Part shown: positions 10,395 through 20,988 of the stretch, piece by piece
Numbering within the stretch: position 1 is the first letter of the stretch
How the letters are laid out: each line of letters starts with the position of its first letter
Made by a program: the position numbers and the translations under genes
From: an uncultured bacterium
GTDB taxonomy: Bacteria; Omnitrophota; Omnitrophia; Omnitrophales; Aquincolibacteriaceae
Direction: 5' to 3'
DNA length: 64,000 bases
NCBI GenBank assembly: GCA_964482725.1
Contig: CAYZYT010000002.1
Location: 74,437-138,436, forward strand
Notes under the pieces: generated by a model
Seen by the model: the letters and a program-made list of their open reading frames with translations, nothing else
Told to the model about the DNA's origin: nothing
The model's database searches: none

Positions 10395-11426
10395 CTACGC
10401 GCCCGCTGAGGGCATCGGATCGCCGGAGAGCGAAACCAAGCCCCCATCGGCTTCAAAAGCTGCCTCGTGAAGATTCCCATCCTTAGAGAGAAGCCGAACG
10501 TGCGAGCGGAGATCTGCTTGCTGGTGCGTTCTGAGTGCTGACAAAACGAATGGGGCTCCGCCCCGAAATGGAAGCTGGGCGAGAGGTTGACTCGACTCTG
10601 TCATCCCATCGACAGCATTCAGGAGGGCTGGGGCTCGGGGGGCGCCATTGTAGCGCCAATGCCAAGGCTCGTAGGTGATCCCCACCCCGACATTCTTGGG
10701 GTAGGACAGGACAAATCCAAAGCGAGAGGCATTTTTAAGAAGCCACGAATATTCCGGAAGAGCTTCGAATTCAGCGATGTTCTCCTCGCCATTAATGCCT
10801 GCGGCATTGATGAAGTCGACAGCCAAATATTCCGGATTGCCATGCTCGCTGTAGCCGGGCAAAGCGACCCACTTCGCGGTTTCCCGGATGGAATAATCAT
10901 GATTGCTAAGGTAAAAAATAAAGAGATAAAGCTGATGGGCGCTTGAGCGATACCCGGATTCCACAAAAAGCCGCTTTTCGATATCGCGTTCCATGGCACG
11001 CATCATGAATTGGTAATATTGATAGACCTGGGGACTCAGGAATTGAGGAGGCAGCTCTTTAACTTTCGCTTTCACGAGAAGCTTCTGCCCACTCAATCGC
11101 ACAAGATCTTTTTCTCCCTGAGAAAAACCCTGGAACGGGATCCGAACGCCGACCTCTCCAGCTTTGAGCTCGCGGAATGATCGGAGGAATTGCTTTTCGC
11201 GGGAGCTTAACGGAGATTCCAATTCGCTAAAAGTGAGCGAAGGAAGTTCGCCCTTTTTGTCCCTCTCGTTGATGAAAGGTTCAAGCTTTTCGACAAGGGC
11301 TTTGACTTCGGCGATATGCTCCGGAGTTAACCTCTCGACATTCAGTCCCCCTGCGGAATTGGGGGTGAAAGAAACACATCCCCCGATAAAAAACATAGCC
11401 AGGGCCAGAAAGATGTTTATAAGCAT
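10395..11426 (-). CDS. Peptidase M15 family (VanY/D,D- or L,D-carboxypeptidase-like) lipoprotein
   Basis: The C-terminal half carries GYSEHGNPEYLAVDF...YEPWHWRY, the M15 zinc-binding SxHxxGxAxD plus EPWHW signature. The likely start is MLINIFLALAMFFIGGC (a lipobox) at 11426. The ORF-track start at 11558 would overlap hisF. Confidence 0.72.
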   Translation of the reverse strand: MLINIFLALAMFFIGGCVSFTPNSAGGLNVERLTPEHIAEVKALVEKLEPFINERDKKGELPSLTFSELESPLSSREKQFLRSFRELKAGEVGVRIPFQGFSQGEKDLVRLSGQKLLVKAKVKELPPQFLSPQVYQYYQFMMRAMERDIEKRLFVESGYRSSAHQLYLFIFYLSNHDYSIRETAKWVALPGYSEHGNPEYLAVDFINAAGINGEENIAEFEALPEYSWLLKNASRFGFVLSYPKNVGVGITYEPWHWRYNGAPRAPALLNAVDGMTESSQPLAQLPFRGGAPFVLSALRTHQQADLRSHVRLLSKDGNLHEAAFEADGGLVSLSGDPMPSAGA

Positions 11427-11433
11427 AGGGAGA

Positions 11434-12192
11434 TCAAAGCCGAACGGGAATACCTTTGGCCCGGAGAAAAGCCTTGGTCTCTGGGATGGTGTATTTTCCG
11501 AAGTGAAAGATAGAGGCCGCAAGGCAGGCATCGGCTTTGCCGGCATTAAAAGCATCATAGAGATGGTTCAAATTTCCGGCCCCCCCTGAAGCGATGACCG
11601 GGATACGGACTGATTCGGAAACTCGGCGAGTAAGTTCAAGATCATAGCCCTCCTTCGTACCATCGCAATCCATGCTGGTAAGAAGGATCTCCCCCGCTCC
11701 AAGTTTGGCGACTTTCTTTGCCCACTGAAGCGCATCCAGGCCTGTGCGGTTCCTGCCGCCGTGGGTATACACCCCCCAACGATCTTTAGCTTCACGCTTT
11801 GCATCGATCGCGACCACGATACATTGACTGCCGAATCGCTTGCTGGCTTCCAGAATAAACTTTGGATTTTTTATAGCGCTTGTGTTGATGGAAACCTTAT
11901 CACAACCGGTCGCAAGGAGCTCGCGGATATCCTGGACCTTATTGATGCCGCCGCCCACCGTGAACGGAATAAAGATCGTGGCGGCAACTTTTTCGGCCAC
12001 CTCGATCATGGTGCGTCGCTTTTCATGCGAGGCCGTGATATCGAGGAATACCAATTCATCGGCTTTTTGTTGGTCATAAGCCTGAGCACAGGAGACAGGA
12101 TCTCCCGCGTCTTTGAGTGAAACGAATTTGACGCCTTTGACGACCCTACCGCGGTCGATATCAAGACATGGGATGATACGTCGAGCGAACAT
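11434..12192 (-). CDS. hisF: Imidazole glycerol phosphate synthase cyclase subunit
   Basis: 252 aa; [34 protein letters not shown] and SIN motifs. Confidence 0.93.
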   Translation of the reverse strand: MFARRIIPCLDIDRGRVVKGVKFVSLKDAGDPVSCAQAYDQQKADELVFLDITASHEKRRTMIEVAEKVAATIFIPFTVGGGINKVQDIRELLATGCDKVSINTSAIKNPKFILEASKRFGSQCIVVAIDAKREAKDRWGVYTHGGRNRTGLDALQWAKKVAKLGAGEILLTSMDCDGTKEGYDLELTRRVSESVRIPVIASGGAGNLNHLYDAFNAGKADACLAASIFHFGKYTIPETKAFLRAKGIPVRL

Positions 12193-12195
12193 AGA

Positions 12196-12600
12196 CTAAA
12201 GGGTCATCTGGTTGTTTTCAAGCTGCTTAAGAACGAAGATCACGGAAGTTCCGAACGCGATCAAGTGAGAAATGATCGCAAAAAGAATGGCTAAGACGAT
12301 CAAGAAAACCATCCCAACCTCATAGAGCGACGCCTGTTTAAAGTTCGCAGTTTGCCAAAAAAAGATCAAGATCAGAAATGAGACGATGAAAAGAATCCAT
12401 CCCGAAAGACACTTTTTCATGTAGACCTTTTTGATTTCATGATACCACTTGGAGGTGAGCGATTGAGCACGCTTAATAAGGGGGTGAAGAAAAAAACTTC
12501 TCGCCAAAAGGAAAACGAGGAGATACCCGATGCCGATCACGGTCCAGGACCAGGCGCGCTGTGTAAGGACCATATTCCAGAGGGTCGTGAGGTTTTCCAT
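12196..12600 (-). CDS. Hypothetical small integral membrane protein inserted between hisA and hisF
   Basis: 134 aa with three or four hydrophobic helices (VIGIGYLLVFLLA; ILFIVSFLILIFF; MVFLIVLAILFAIISHLIAF). I recognise no family. It sits tightly between hisF (3-bp gap) and hisA. Confidence 0.5.
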   Translation of the reverse strand: MENLTTLWNMVLTQRAWSWTVIGIGYLLVFLLARSFFLHPLIKRAQSLTSKWYHEIKKVYMKKCLSGWILFIVSFLILIFFWQTANFKQASLYEVGMVFLIVLAILFAIISHLIAFGTSVIFVLKQLENNQMTL

Positions 12601-12618
12601 AAGATCTTTTTCTCCCTT

Positions 12619-13338
12619 TTATGCCGTGAGCCGCACGGCCGCGGACAACCGAAAGCGTTTGTCGTAAAGAGCCTTGCCAATGATCACGCCTTCAAAGTTG
12701 GGCGCTCGGATCGATCGACATTTTTCGATATCAGAAATTTGGCTAATACCGCCTGACAAAATGACCCGCGCCTGGGTATGCGCGAGAACCATGGAAAGTT
12801 TTTCCCAGTTGGGGCCTTGCAAAACGCCATCCTTTTCGATGTCCGTATAGATCAGGGTTGAGACGCTGAGTTGATCAAAAAGCTTTAAGGCCTCCGGGAG
12901 GGTAATATCCCCATCACGGAGCCAACCCGCCGTCTTGACCTGATCGTGGCGAACATCCAGCCCCACGGCAATCTTTTCTTTGAATTTTAAGAGGACTTTT
13001 TCCAGAAAGTCCCTGTCGAGCGCCTTGGTGCCGAGCACGACGCGCGAGACGCCCAAGGCGAGCACTTTTTCAATATCTTCGATCCGGCGCAACCCTCCGC
13101 CGAATTGGATCTTTGCATTAACATTGTGACATATCGCGGCGAGCGAAGCATCGTTGGTAAGCGTTCCGGTTTTGGCGCCTTCGAGGTCCACAACGTGGAT
13201 CCACCGAGCGCCTTCCTGTTCCCAACCTTTCGCGGTCGCAGCAGGATCCGTGGAATAAATGACGCAGGCATTATAATCCCCACGGGTGAGACGCACCACT
13301 TTACCTTCAAAAAGATCGATCGCCGGATAGAGGTTCAT
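12619..13338 (-). CDS. hisA: ProFAR isomerase (1-(5-phosphoribosyl)-5-[(5-phosphoribosylamino)methylideneamino]imidazole-4-carboxamide isomerase)
   Basis: MNLYPAIDLFEGKVVRLTRGDY...VVDLEGA matches HisA. The true start is probably the MNLYPAIDL methionine at 13338; the ORF track's 13422 start adds 28 non-homologous residues. Confidence 0.9.
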   Translation of the reverse strand: MNLYPAIDLFEGKVVRLTRGDYNACVIYSTDPAATAKGWEQEGARWIHVVDLEGAKTGTLTNDASLAAICHNVNAKIQFGGGLRRIEDIEKVLALGVSRVVLGTKALDRDFLEKVLLKFKEKIAVGLDVRHDQVKTAGWLRDGDITLPEALKLFDQLSVSTLIYTDIEKDGVLQGPNWEKLSMVLAHTQARVILSGGISQISDIEKCRSIRAPNFEGVIIGKALYDKRFRLSAAVRLTA

Positions 13339-13342
13339 AGAG

Positions 13343-13948
13343 TTACCATCGGATGAAATTTTTAAGAATACGCAGACCAGCATCCTGGCTTTTTTCAGGA
13401 TGGAATTGCGTCGCAAAAACATGTTCGTTGCCGATCACGGCGGAAAAATCTTCCCGCCCGTATTTGCAGGAAGCCAAAGTCAGGTTTTTAGCGGCAGGCT
13501 TTCCATAGAATGAATGCACAAAATAGAAATACTCCCCGCCCAAAACGCCTTCAAGAACAGGATGCTTTTTAAGAACGTTGAGATCATTCCATCCCATATG
13601 CGGGATCTTGACGCCTCGAGAGTGGAATTTTTGGACCGTTCCCTTAAAGACCCCGAGCCCTTTGGCGCGGGGGCTCTCTTCACTTTTTTCAAACAAAAGC
13701 TGCAAACCCAGGCAAACACCCATGAGCTTGGTTTTGCGCGCAACAAGCTCTCCGATCGGGCCTATAAAGCCACGAGACCTCAGCTCTTTCATGGCATCGC
13801 CAAACGCACCGACTCCGGGCAGGATCACTTTTGTGGCGCGAGCGAGGTCCGTTCCATTGGAGCAAAGTTTGTAGGAAGCTCCCAGATATTCCAGAGCTTT
13901 AGAGACACTGCGCAGATTGCCCATGCCGTAGTCGATAATGGCGATCAT
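13343..13948 (-). CDS. hisH: Imidazole glycerol phosphate synthase glutamine amidotransferase subunit
   Basis: 201 aa; MIAIIDYGMGNLRSV, GVCLGLQLLF and HVFATQFHPEKS motifs. Confidence 0.92.
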   Translation of the reverse strand: MIAIIDYGMGNLRSVSKALEYLGASYKLCSNGTDLARATKVILPGVGAFGDAMKELRSRGFIGPIGELVARKTKLMGVCLGLQLLFEKSEESPRAKGLGVFKGTVQKFHSRGVKIPHMGWNDLNVLKKHPVLEGVLGGEYFYFVHSFYGKPAAKNLTLASCKYGREDFSAVIGNEHVFATQFHPEKSQDAGLRILKNFIRW

Positions 13949-14035
13949 TTTAAAAATTCCGGGGAACGGTTAACGGAAAATGGTAAACAGAACCTGAGGC
14001 TTTTCTTTTCGAGGATCGCTCCCCGCTCCACGTCA

Positions 14036-14632
14036 TTACAACGTTCCCTTGGTTGACGGAATCCCGCGAACGCGGGAATCCACGCAGGTCGCCATGTCCA
14101 GAGTCTTCGCGATCCCCTTGAATATGCCTTCAATGATGTGGTGCGTGTCATCCCCGGCAAGTACGCCGATGTGCATATTGATGCCCGCGTGCTGGCAGAA
14201 GGAGCGTAGAAAATCAACGGCATCCTCGAACGAATACTTCGGCTGGCGGGATAGGCGGACGCCTTTGGCTTTTGTCACGTAAAGTGACGGCCGCCCAGAA
14301 ATATCCAATGTCACCCGGATGAGGGCCTCATCCATCGGTACGGCAAAAGAACCGTATCGGCGTATACCTTTTTTATCCCCAAGGGCTTTCGCAAGAGCTT
14401 GACCGAGAGCGATCCCGATGTCCTCATTCGTGTGATGGATATCGACTTCCAGATCCCCACGCGCTTTAAGTTTGAGGTCGAAAAGTCCGTGTTTTGCGAG
14501 AAGCGTCAGCATGTGATCGAGGAACGGAATCAGGGTATCAATATTTGACGATCCTTTTCCGTCGACTGCCAATTCGATTTTGATGTCAGTTTCGGAAGTC
14601 TTGCGCCTGATCGTGGCCGTTCGGGCTCTCAT
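14036..14632 (-). CDS. hisB: Imidazoleglycerol-phosphate dehydratase
   Basis: MRARTATIRRKTSETDIKIEL...DIHHTNEDIGIALG...GINMHI matches HisB. The real start is the ATG at 14632, overlapping the hisD stop; the ORF-track extension to 15004 lies inside hisD. Confidence 0.9.
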   Translation of the reverse strand: MRARTATIRRKTSETDIKIELAVDGKGSSNIDTLIPFLDHMLTLLAKHGLFDLKLKARGDLEVDIHHTNEDIGIALGQALAKALGDKKGIRRYGSFAVPMDEALIRVTLDISGRPSLYVTKAKGVRLSRQPKYSFEDAVDFLRSFCQHAGINMHIGVLAGDDTHHIIEGIFKGIAKTLDMATCVDSRVRGIPSTKGTL

Positions 14633-15891
14633 GATTTGGACTCCTTTTCCGGTTCTACGTTCTTCTTGATGAGGCGCGCTTCCAAAGAGATCCTGTGCAG
14701 GAAAAGGCCTTCCATGTCCGTCAATTTTTGGACATGCTCTTTTGCGGCCTCCAACGCCTCCGGCGTATAACGAATGATCTGAGAGCTCTTGATGAAAGTC
14801 GAGGCGCTCAAGGGCGAAAAATAGCGCGCAGTCCCCCCCGTCGGAAGCACATGACTGGGCCCCGCGATATAATCCCCGATCACGGTCGGAGAGTAGGGTC
14901 CGAGAAATATCGCCCCGGCGTGACGGATCGACTGAGCTACTTTTTCGGGATCTTCGGTCATGATCTCCAAGTGTTCCGCCGCGATCTCGTTGCAGACTTC
15001 GCAACCCTCGGCCACGGATTTGACCTGGATGATGATGCCGGAGTCCACGCGTTTTCGCATGACTTCGACTAGTTTTTTGGAATTTGTGACCAAATATCCC
15101 ATGCCGCCGTGATGCTCGGTCTGGGCAAGAAGATCGCAGGTAACAAAATCCGGATTGGCAGTCGCGTCGGCAAGAATGGCAACCTCGCTTGGGCCGGCCA
15201 CCATGTCTATATCCACAAAGCCATAAACCTGGCGCTTGGCTTCCGTGACATAAGCGTTACCGGGGCCGACGATCTTGTCGACTTTGGGAATCGTTTTGGT
15301 GCCGAACGCAAGCCCGCCGATAGCTTGAACACCCCCCACGCGATAAATTTCATTCACGCCTAAGAGATTGGCAACAGCCAGAATATGCGGATCAATATCG
15401 CCGGTGTCCCTGCGCGGTGGCGTAGCAATGGCGATGTGCTTTACGCCCGCGACCTTCGCGGGGATAACAGTCATGTAAACGGTCGAGACCAGGGGTGCTG
15501 TCCCCGCAGGGATATAGATGCCCACCCGATCAAGCGGTTCATAGCGTTTGCCAAGATGAACGCCATTCGGGCCCTTGATCTCAAAAGATTTCTTCAACTC
15601 TTTTTCGTAATATTCGCGGACATTCTCTGTGATCTGTTTGAGTAGCGGGACGAACTGAACCTGGATCTTCTCAAACGCACGGTTGATATCCCCTTGGGTA
15701 ACGGCAAGTCGCTTGAGCGGAAGGTCGATCCCGTCGAATTCCCGGGTATAGCGGCGAAGCGCCGTATCTCCGGACTGACGAACTTCGGAAAGAATGCGGC
15801 TGACCTTTTTAAAGATCGTCGCATCGAAGAACGTGGCGTAGTCACGCCTTATCTTTTTCTGTGTTTGTTTATCCCAGTTCAGTACTTGCAT
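14629..15891 (-). CDS. hisD: Histidinol dehydrogenase
   Basis: 420 aa; the N-terminus and GPSEVAI..., HHGG and QTEH-like zinc-site motifs fit HisD. Confidence 0.92.
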   Translation of the reverse strand: MQVLNWDKQTQKKIRRDYATFFDATIFKKVSRILSEVRQSGDTALRRYTREFDGIDLPLKRLAVTQGDINRAFEKIQVQFVPLLKQITENVREYYEKELKKSFEIKGPNGVHLGKRYEPLDRVGIYIPAGTAPLVSTVYMTVIPAKVAGVKHIAIATPPRRDTGDIDPHILAVANLLGVNEIYRVGGVQAIGGLAFGTKTIPKVDKIVGPGNAYVTEAKRQVYGFVDIDMVAGPSEVAILADATANPDFVTCDLLAQTEHHGGMGYLVTNSKKLVEVMRKRVDSGIIIQVKSVAEGCEVCNEIAAEHLEIMTEDPEKVAQSIRHAGAIFLGPYSPTVIGDYIAGPSHVLPTGGTARYFSPLSASTFIKSSQIIRYTPEALEAAKEHVQKLTDMEGLFLHRISLEARLIKKNVEPEKESKS

Positions 15892-15893
15892 GA

Positions 15894-18512
15894 TTATATT
15901 CCCTTTTCCACAACATAGGCGGAAACGACTTCCTGAACTTTGACCTTGGCAGTCGCGAATTGTCCCTCGTCGGGCCCGCCCGCCTGAACAAGATCCAAAC
16001 GCCCGCCACCACTCACATGAAGCAATGGGGATAGCCTACCAAAAAGGTCCTTCATGTCCAAGGGCGTTTTCTGGAGATCGGCACTGCGCCCCACGATCAC
16101 GTGAAGTTTCCCCTCCTGAGCGGTGGCGATCACAAAGACAAGTTTCTGTTCCTCTTCCCGAAGCCGGTTTGAAAGATCACGCAGCGCGGGGATCCCGGCA
16201 TGTTCCAACATCGCGACCAGGACCCTGCATGACCCGGCGTTCGTGGCGCTCCCCAGGATCGTCTTTATATCCAAGGAATTCGCGGAAGCTTGCGCCCCGA
16301 TCTTTTTCTGGGCCTTCAGATTTTCCATAAGTTTGGCGAGGCGAGCCGGAATATCCGCAGCTCCAACCTTAAGCGTTTTGGAGATCGAGGAAATCTGATC
16401 CTGCAAGTTGCGGACATAGTGCAGGGCATGCGTTCCGGTAACGGCTTCAATACGGCGGACGCCGCTCGCTACCGAAGATTCCAAGGTGATGATCAACATG
16501 CCGATCTGCCCCGTACGATCGCAGTGAGTTCCGCCACAGAGCTCTTTACTGAATTCCGAGATAGTGATCATACGAACCTTATCCCCGTATTTGTCGCCAA
16601 AAAAAGCCAAAGCGCCTTCTTTTTTGGCACTTTCCAAATTTTTAGATTCTTTCTGGACCGGACGATCGCTCAGGATCTGATCATTAGCCGCTTGCTCGAT
16701 CTCGCGAAGTTCCTCCGGGGTTAACCCGCGTCCAAAGGAAAAGTCAAAACGCAACCGATCGGGCGCTACGAGCGAACCGAGTTGGCGAACAGAACTCCCA
16801 AGCGTGGTCCGTAGCGCGGCATGCAAAAGATGAGTGGCTGTGTGATTGCGCATGATATTCATGCGAAGAGCACCCTCCACAACGGCGTTCACCTCGACGC
16901 CGTCATGAACGGATCCTTGAAGGACCTCCACGTGATGTAAAAAATATTTGTCGAGTTTCTTTGTGTCGACTACTTTGAGTTTGAGCCCGTCTCCGTCGAT
17001 GACGCCTTGATCGCCAACCTGTCCGCCGCTTTCCGCATAAAAAGGCGTTTGATCGAGGATGACCTTCGCTAACCGCCCTTCGCTCTGATGCCAAAGGATC
17101 TTGGCTTTTGTTTGCAGGGAGTCATACCCTAAGAATACTGTGGCCGGAATATGGGGCGGGATCTTGTCCAGGCCTGATGAGGCGAAGATCTCAGCGGAGA
17201 TTTTACTACCTTCCTTGGATCGTGCCCGTTGATCCTCCATGAGCTTTTCAAATCCTTTATGGTCGATCGCAAATCCTTCTGACTCTGCGATGCCGCGCGT
17301 CAATTCCTCCGGGAATCCAAAAGTATCATAAAGCTCGAATACGGTTTCAGCCGGGACCGTCTCCAATCTATCTTTTTTATAACTTGTAAGTTGCATTCTC
17401 AGAATGCGAAGCCCCTCTTCCAACGTTCGAAGAAAGCGTTCCTCTTCTTGCGAAAGAACCGTTCGGATATTTTCTTCCGCCTCTTGAAGCTCGGGGTAAG
17501 CCCCCCCCATAACTTTGACGACCGCTGAAACAGCCTTAAAGAGAAAGGGCTTGGCGAGTTTTTGTTCGGGCATCAATTGATGCGCCTGCCAGATCGCGCG
17601 GCGGATCAATTTCCGGATCACATACCCGCGGCCTTCGTTCGATGGGACAACACCATCGGCAATGGAGAAAACGGCTGCACGCAAATGATCCGAGATCGTG
17701 TAGAGCTGTTGGGTCTTCACTTTTTCGGGATCGAGCCCAAGCGAGTGAAGAATGGCCTCGTGGATCGGTAGAAAAATATCGATCTCAAAATTGGAGGCTT
17801 TTCCCTGAAGAACACACGCGAGACGTTCCAATCCCATCCCTGTATCAATGTTTTTATTCGCCAGAGGAACAAGCTTGCCGCCGTCTTGGCGGTCGTACTG
17901 CGTAAAAACAAGATTCCAGATCTCCGCGAACTTTCCGGAATCATCGATCGGTGTCCCCTGGATATGCGGGTTCTGATCGAAATAGATCTCAGAGCAGGGA
18001 CCGCAAGGACCGTTCGGGCCGTCTTTGGGCGCGTTCGCCGGCCAGAAGTTTGATTTATCGCCGCAAAGATAGATCCTGTCTTTGGGAAGACCGACCACTT
18101 TGTGCCATATCTCAAAGGCTTCCGTGTCACTCTCGTGGACCGTGATGCGCAGGCGTTCTTCGGGAATCGACAGTTCTTGGGTCAGGAATTCCCAGGCCCA
18201 GGCGATTGCTTCTTTTTTGAAGTAATCGCCGAATGAGAAATTGCCCAGCATTTCGAAAAACGAGTGGTGGAAAGGTGTCCGGCCCACCTCGTCAAGATCG
18301 CCCGTCCTAAGGCATTTTTGGCTCGTTGTGGCCCTTTTAAGGTCCTTCTTGACTCCCAGGAAGTATTCCTTGAATTGATTCATCCCCGCCCCTGTAAAGA
18401 GCAAGGAGGGGTCATTTTGGGGTACCAAGGAATCGCTTGCGACAATGGAGTGCCCTTTGGATTTAAAGAATTCAAGGTAGGCTTTTCGCAGATCGTTTGT
18501 GGCCGTCTTCAT
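15894..18512 (-). CDS. alaS: Alanine--tRNA ligase
   Basis: 872 aa; FTGAGMNQFK..., the editing domain HTATHLLHAAL...CGGTH, and the C-terminal DHHA1 region. Confidence 0.96.
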   Translation of the reverse strand: MKTATNDLRKAYLEFFKSKGHSIVASDSLVPQNDPSLLFTGAGMNQFKEYFLGVKKDLKRATTSQKCLRTGDLDEVGRTPFHHSFFEMLGNFSFGDYFKKEAIAWAWEFLTQELSIPEERLRITVHESDTEAFEIWHKVVGLPKDRIYLCGDKSNFWPANAPKDGPNGPCGPCSEIYFDQNPHIQGTPIDDSGKFAEIWNLVFTQYDRQDGGKLVPLANKNIDTGMGLERLACVLQGKASNFEIDIFLPIHEAILHSLGLDPEKVKTQQLYTISDHLRAAVFSIADGVVPSNEGRGYVIRKLIRRAIWQAHQLMPEQKLAKPFLFKAVSAVVKVMGGAYPELQEAEENIRTVLSQEEERFLRTLEEGLRILRMQLTSYKKDRLETVPAETVFELYDTFGFPEELTRGIAESEGFAIDHKGFEKLMEDQRARSKEGSKISAEIFASSGLDKIPPHIPATVFLGYDSLQTKAKILWHQSEGRLAKVILDQTPFYAESGGQVGDQGVIDGDGLKLKVVDTKKLDKYFLHHVEVLQGSVHDGVEVNAVVEGALRMNIMRNHTATHLLHAALRTTLGSSVRQLGSLVAPDRLRFDFSFGRGLTPEELREIEQAANDQILSDRPVQKESKNLESAKKEGALAFFGDKYGDKVRMITISEFSKELCGGTHCDRTGQIGMLIITLESSVASGVRRIEAVTGTHALHYVRNLQDQISSISKTLKVGAADIPARLAKLMENLKAQKKIGAQASANSLDIKTILGSATNAGSCRVLVAMLEHAGIPALRDLSNRLREEEQKLVFVIATAQEGKLHVIVGRSADLQKTPLDMKDLFGRLSPLLHVSGGGRLDLVQAGGPDEGQFATAKVKVQEVVSAYVVEKGI

Positions 18513-18518
18513 AAAGCG

Positions 18519-19043
18519 TCAGATCTCATCGTCCGAGGGTTCCTTCGAAAGTCTCTGAAGGATATCCTGGGCGATCTGAAAATCGTATCCTTTCCGTATT
18601 AGAAAATCATAAAGGCGTTTCTTGCGCTTTTGAGGATCCAAGGGAGACCAACCCGCCCACTTCATTCGGGCCAGTTCAAGAGCACGCTCCGTCTCATCCT
18701 CACTTGACAGCGTCTCCAGCAGCTCGTCGCTAATTTTTTTTGAGATGCCGTGGCGTTTCAATTCAAACGCGATTCTATGAGAGCCGACCCCTTTGCCAAG
18801 CGTGAGCCGGGACATCAAGTCTTTGGCAAACGCTGTGTCATCCAGGATGCCTTGCGTTCTAAGATCATGAATCGCTCGATCGATGATCTCGGCAGAAAAT
18901 CCTTTGGCCACCAGTTTTTTTCTCAACTCCTGACCACTTTTGGGACTGGCGGCAAGCAGCCTCAAGCAGGTGATAAGCGCTTGCTTGGTCTGTTCGTCTC
19001 CTAGAGTTTTATCCATAGCCCCAAGCCCGCTCAATCGGGACAA
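18519..19043 (-). CDS. recX: RecA regulator RecX
   Basis: 174 aa basic, helical three-repeat protein immediately downstream of recA; RLLAASPKSGQELRKKLVAKGF...IDRAI is typical. Confidence 0.78.
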   Translation of the reverse strand: MSRLSGLGAMDKTLGDEQTKQALITCLRLLAASPKSGQELRKKLVAKGFSAEIIDRAIHDLRTQGILDDTAFAKDLMSRLTLGKGVGSHRIAFELKRHGISKKISDELLETLSSEDETERALELARMKWAGWSPLDPQKRKKRLYDFLIRKGYDFQIAQDILQRLSKEPSDDEI

Positions 19044-19157
19044 AGCTGAGATTGACGCTTTCCTTGCCCCAACCTTTTTAAAATTAACGGCCGGTTGGGA
19101 TTACGCGAAACACCAATCATCTTTTTTGAGATCAGCCTTGTCAGCCGATCGAAAGGA

Positions 19158-20231
19158 TTATTCTGCGGCCGTAACGACGAGCGCGCTCTCCCCGGCGGCA
19201 ACTTTCTCCAGGATCTTCAGCTCGATCTCTTCAAGAAGCTTCAGGTTCTCTTTCTCCTTCAGAAAAAGGCGTGCCACATCCTTCCCTTGACCGAGTTTGT
19301 GATCGTTATAGGAAAGCCAGGTCCCGGACTTGTCGATCACCTGAAATTGAATGCCGAGCTCCAGGACGTTCGCCGAGCGTGAAATACCTTCGTCGAACAG
19401 GATGTCAAATTCTGCCTGGCGAAAAGGGGCCGCGACCTTATTCTTGACAACTTTTACGCGGACCCGATTTCCTACAACCGCATCGCCTTTTTTCAAGGAA
19501 GCGATCCTTCGGATATCCAGGCGCATGGAGGCGTAAAATTTGAGCGCTTTGCCGCCAGGCGTGGTCTCAGGATTTCCAAACATGACGCCAATCTTTTCGC
19601 GAAGCTGATTGATAAAAACGATGCAAGTCTTAGACTTGCTAATAATGGCAGTGAGCTTACGCATGGCCTGCGACATCAAGCGTGCTTGCAGGCCCATTTG
19701 CGCCTGTCCCATTTCACCTTCGATCTCCGCGCGCGGAACGAGTGCTGCCACCGAATCCACAATAATAAGATCCACGGCATTCGAGCGAACGAGCATCTCT
19801 GCGATCTGAAGCGCCTGCTCACCGGAATCAGGCTGCGAGATCAAAAGCTCATCCACCTTCACTCCGATCTTCTGAGCGTATTGCGGGTCCAAGGCATGCT
19901 CCGCATCAATAAAGGCCGCAACCCCGCCGGTTGATTGAAGGCGAGCGATGATATTTAAGGTGAGCGTGGTTTTGCCGCTCGATTCCGGGCCAAAGATCTC
20001 TACGATGCGACCGCGCGGGATGCCGCCAATCCCGGTTGCGATATCAAGTCCCAGGGCTCCCGTGGCGAGTGCGGCAACATTTTCATGATGCTGATCGCCG
20101 AGCTTCATAATGGAGCCTTTGCCGAACTGTTTTTCGATCTGCTGCAGCGTAAGTTCGAGGGCTTTTTGTTTGTCCGTGGATCTCTTGGCTTCCGGGGCAA
20201 CAACTTTTTCTGATTTTTTCCGTTCGCTCAT
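19158..20231 (-). CDS. recA: Recombinase RecA
   Basis: 357 aa; [10 protein letters not shown]..., Walker [13 protein letters not shown], and the loop 2 and C-terminal domains. Confidence 0.97.
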   Translation of the reverse strand: MSERKKSEKVVAPEAKRSTDKQKALELTLQQIEKQFGKGSIMKLGDQHHENVAALATGALGLDIATGIGGIPRGRIVEIFGPESSGKTTLTLNIIARLQSTGGVAAFIDAEHALDPQYAQKIGVKVDELLISQPDSGEQALQIAEMLVRSNAVDLIIVDSVAALVPRAEIEGEMGQAQMGLQARLMSQAMRKLTAIISKSKTCIVFINQLREKIGVMFGNPETTPGGKALKFYASMRLDIRRIASLKKGDAVVGNRVRVKVVKNKVAAPFRQAEFDILFDEGISRSANVLELGIQFQVIDKSGTWLSYNDHKLGQGKDVARLFLKEKENLKLLEEIELKILEKVAAGESALVVTAAE

Positions 20232-20376
20232 AATTTTTCTCCTTTAGAAAAACGTAGGTTTTAAAATTCTATCGGCCAACCCCCTGTCTGTAAAGACAAT
20301 TCAGGGAAAGACCCCCCTATAGGATATTACTATTACGGAAACAATATATGATTTTATTTAATTGTCAAGGACTTGC

Positions 20377-20988
20377 TCAAAAAAGCTTCTTTTCGGCTCC
20401 CTGACGAAGACGCTGGATGTTAGCGCGGTGGGTGTAAATAATAAAAGCCATGAGAAGAAGGCTGATAGGCAGGAGGAATTTGAACCCTGGGGTTCCTGCA
20501 TAACGCCAGGTGATCATGATCGGGAAGACCACCGCGGCCGCAAGTGAGGAGATTGAGATGATGTGGGTGATCCCAAAACAGAGGATCCAGAGACCGAATG
20601 TGATAAGGGTGGGCACCCAAGCAATCGCCAGAAACACCCCTAACGAAGTGGCCACACCTTTTCCGCCTTTAAACTTGAGCCAGACCGGAAAGCTATGCCC
20701 CAGGATCGCGCTCACACCCAGGAGCAGCTGGAACGGGAGACCCAGACTTTGGCCAAAAAACACCGGAAGAACACAGGCGACATAACCTTTGAGGGCATCC
20801 AGCAGAAGGATCGCAATCCCCCACTTTTTCCCCACCACCCGGAATACATTGGTCGCACCAATGTTCTTACTGCCATGCTCCCGGATATCAAGCCCCTTCA
20901 CCCTGAAGCCAGCCAAGAGACCGAAGGGAACCGAGCCCAAGAGGTAAGCTGCAAGGATAAAGAGAGCCGACAAAAGAAAGTGGCTCAT
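20377..20988 (-). CDS. plsY: Glycerol-3-phosphate acyltransferase PlsY
   Basis: MSHFLLSALFILAAYLLGSVPFGLL...GSKNIGATNVFR...KGGKGVAT is the PlsY signature. The start at 20988 overlaps the pgsA stop; the ORF-track extension to 21237 is non-homologous. Confidence 0.88.
   Translation of the reverse strand: MSHFLLSALFILAAYLLGSVPFGLLAGFRVKGLDIREHGSKNIGATNVFRVVGKKWGIAILLLDALKGYVACVLPVFFGQSLGLPFQLLLGVSAILGHSFPVWLKFKGGKGVATSLGVFLAIAWVPTLITFGLWILCFGITHIISISSLAAAVVFPIMITWRYAGTPGFKFLLPISLLLMAFIIYTHRANIQRLRQGAEKKLF

Noticed and set aside
20232-20376. LexA/SOS box upstream of recA
   Set aside because: Only a loose CCCTG-N15-CAGGG inverted repeat was seen, with no match to CTGT-N8-ACAG or a Gram-positive Cheo box. 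This is not enough to call.
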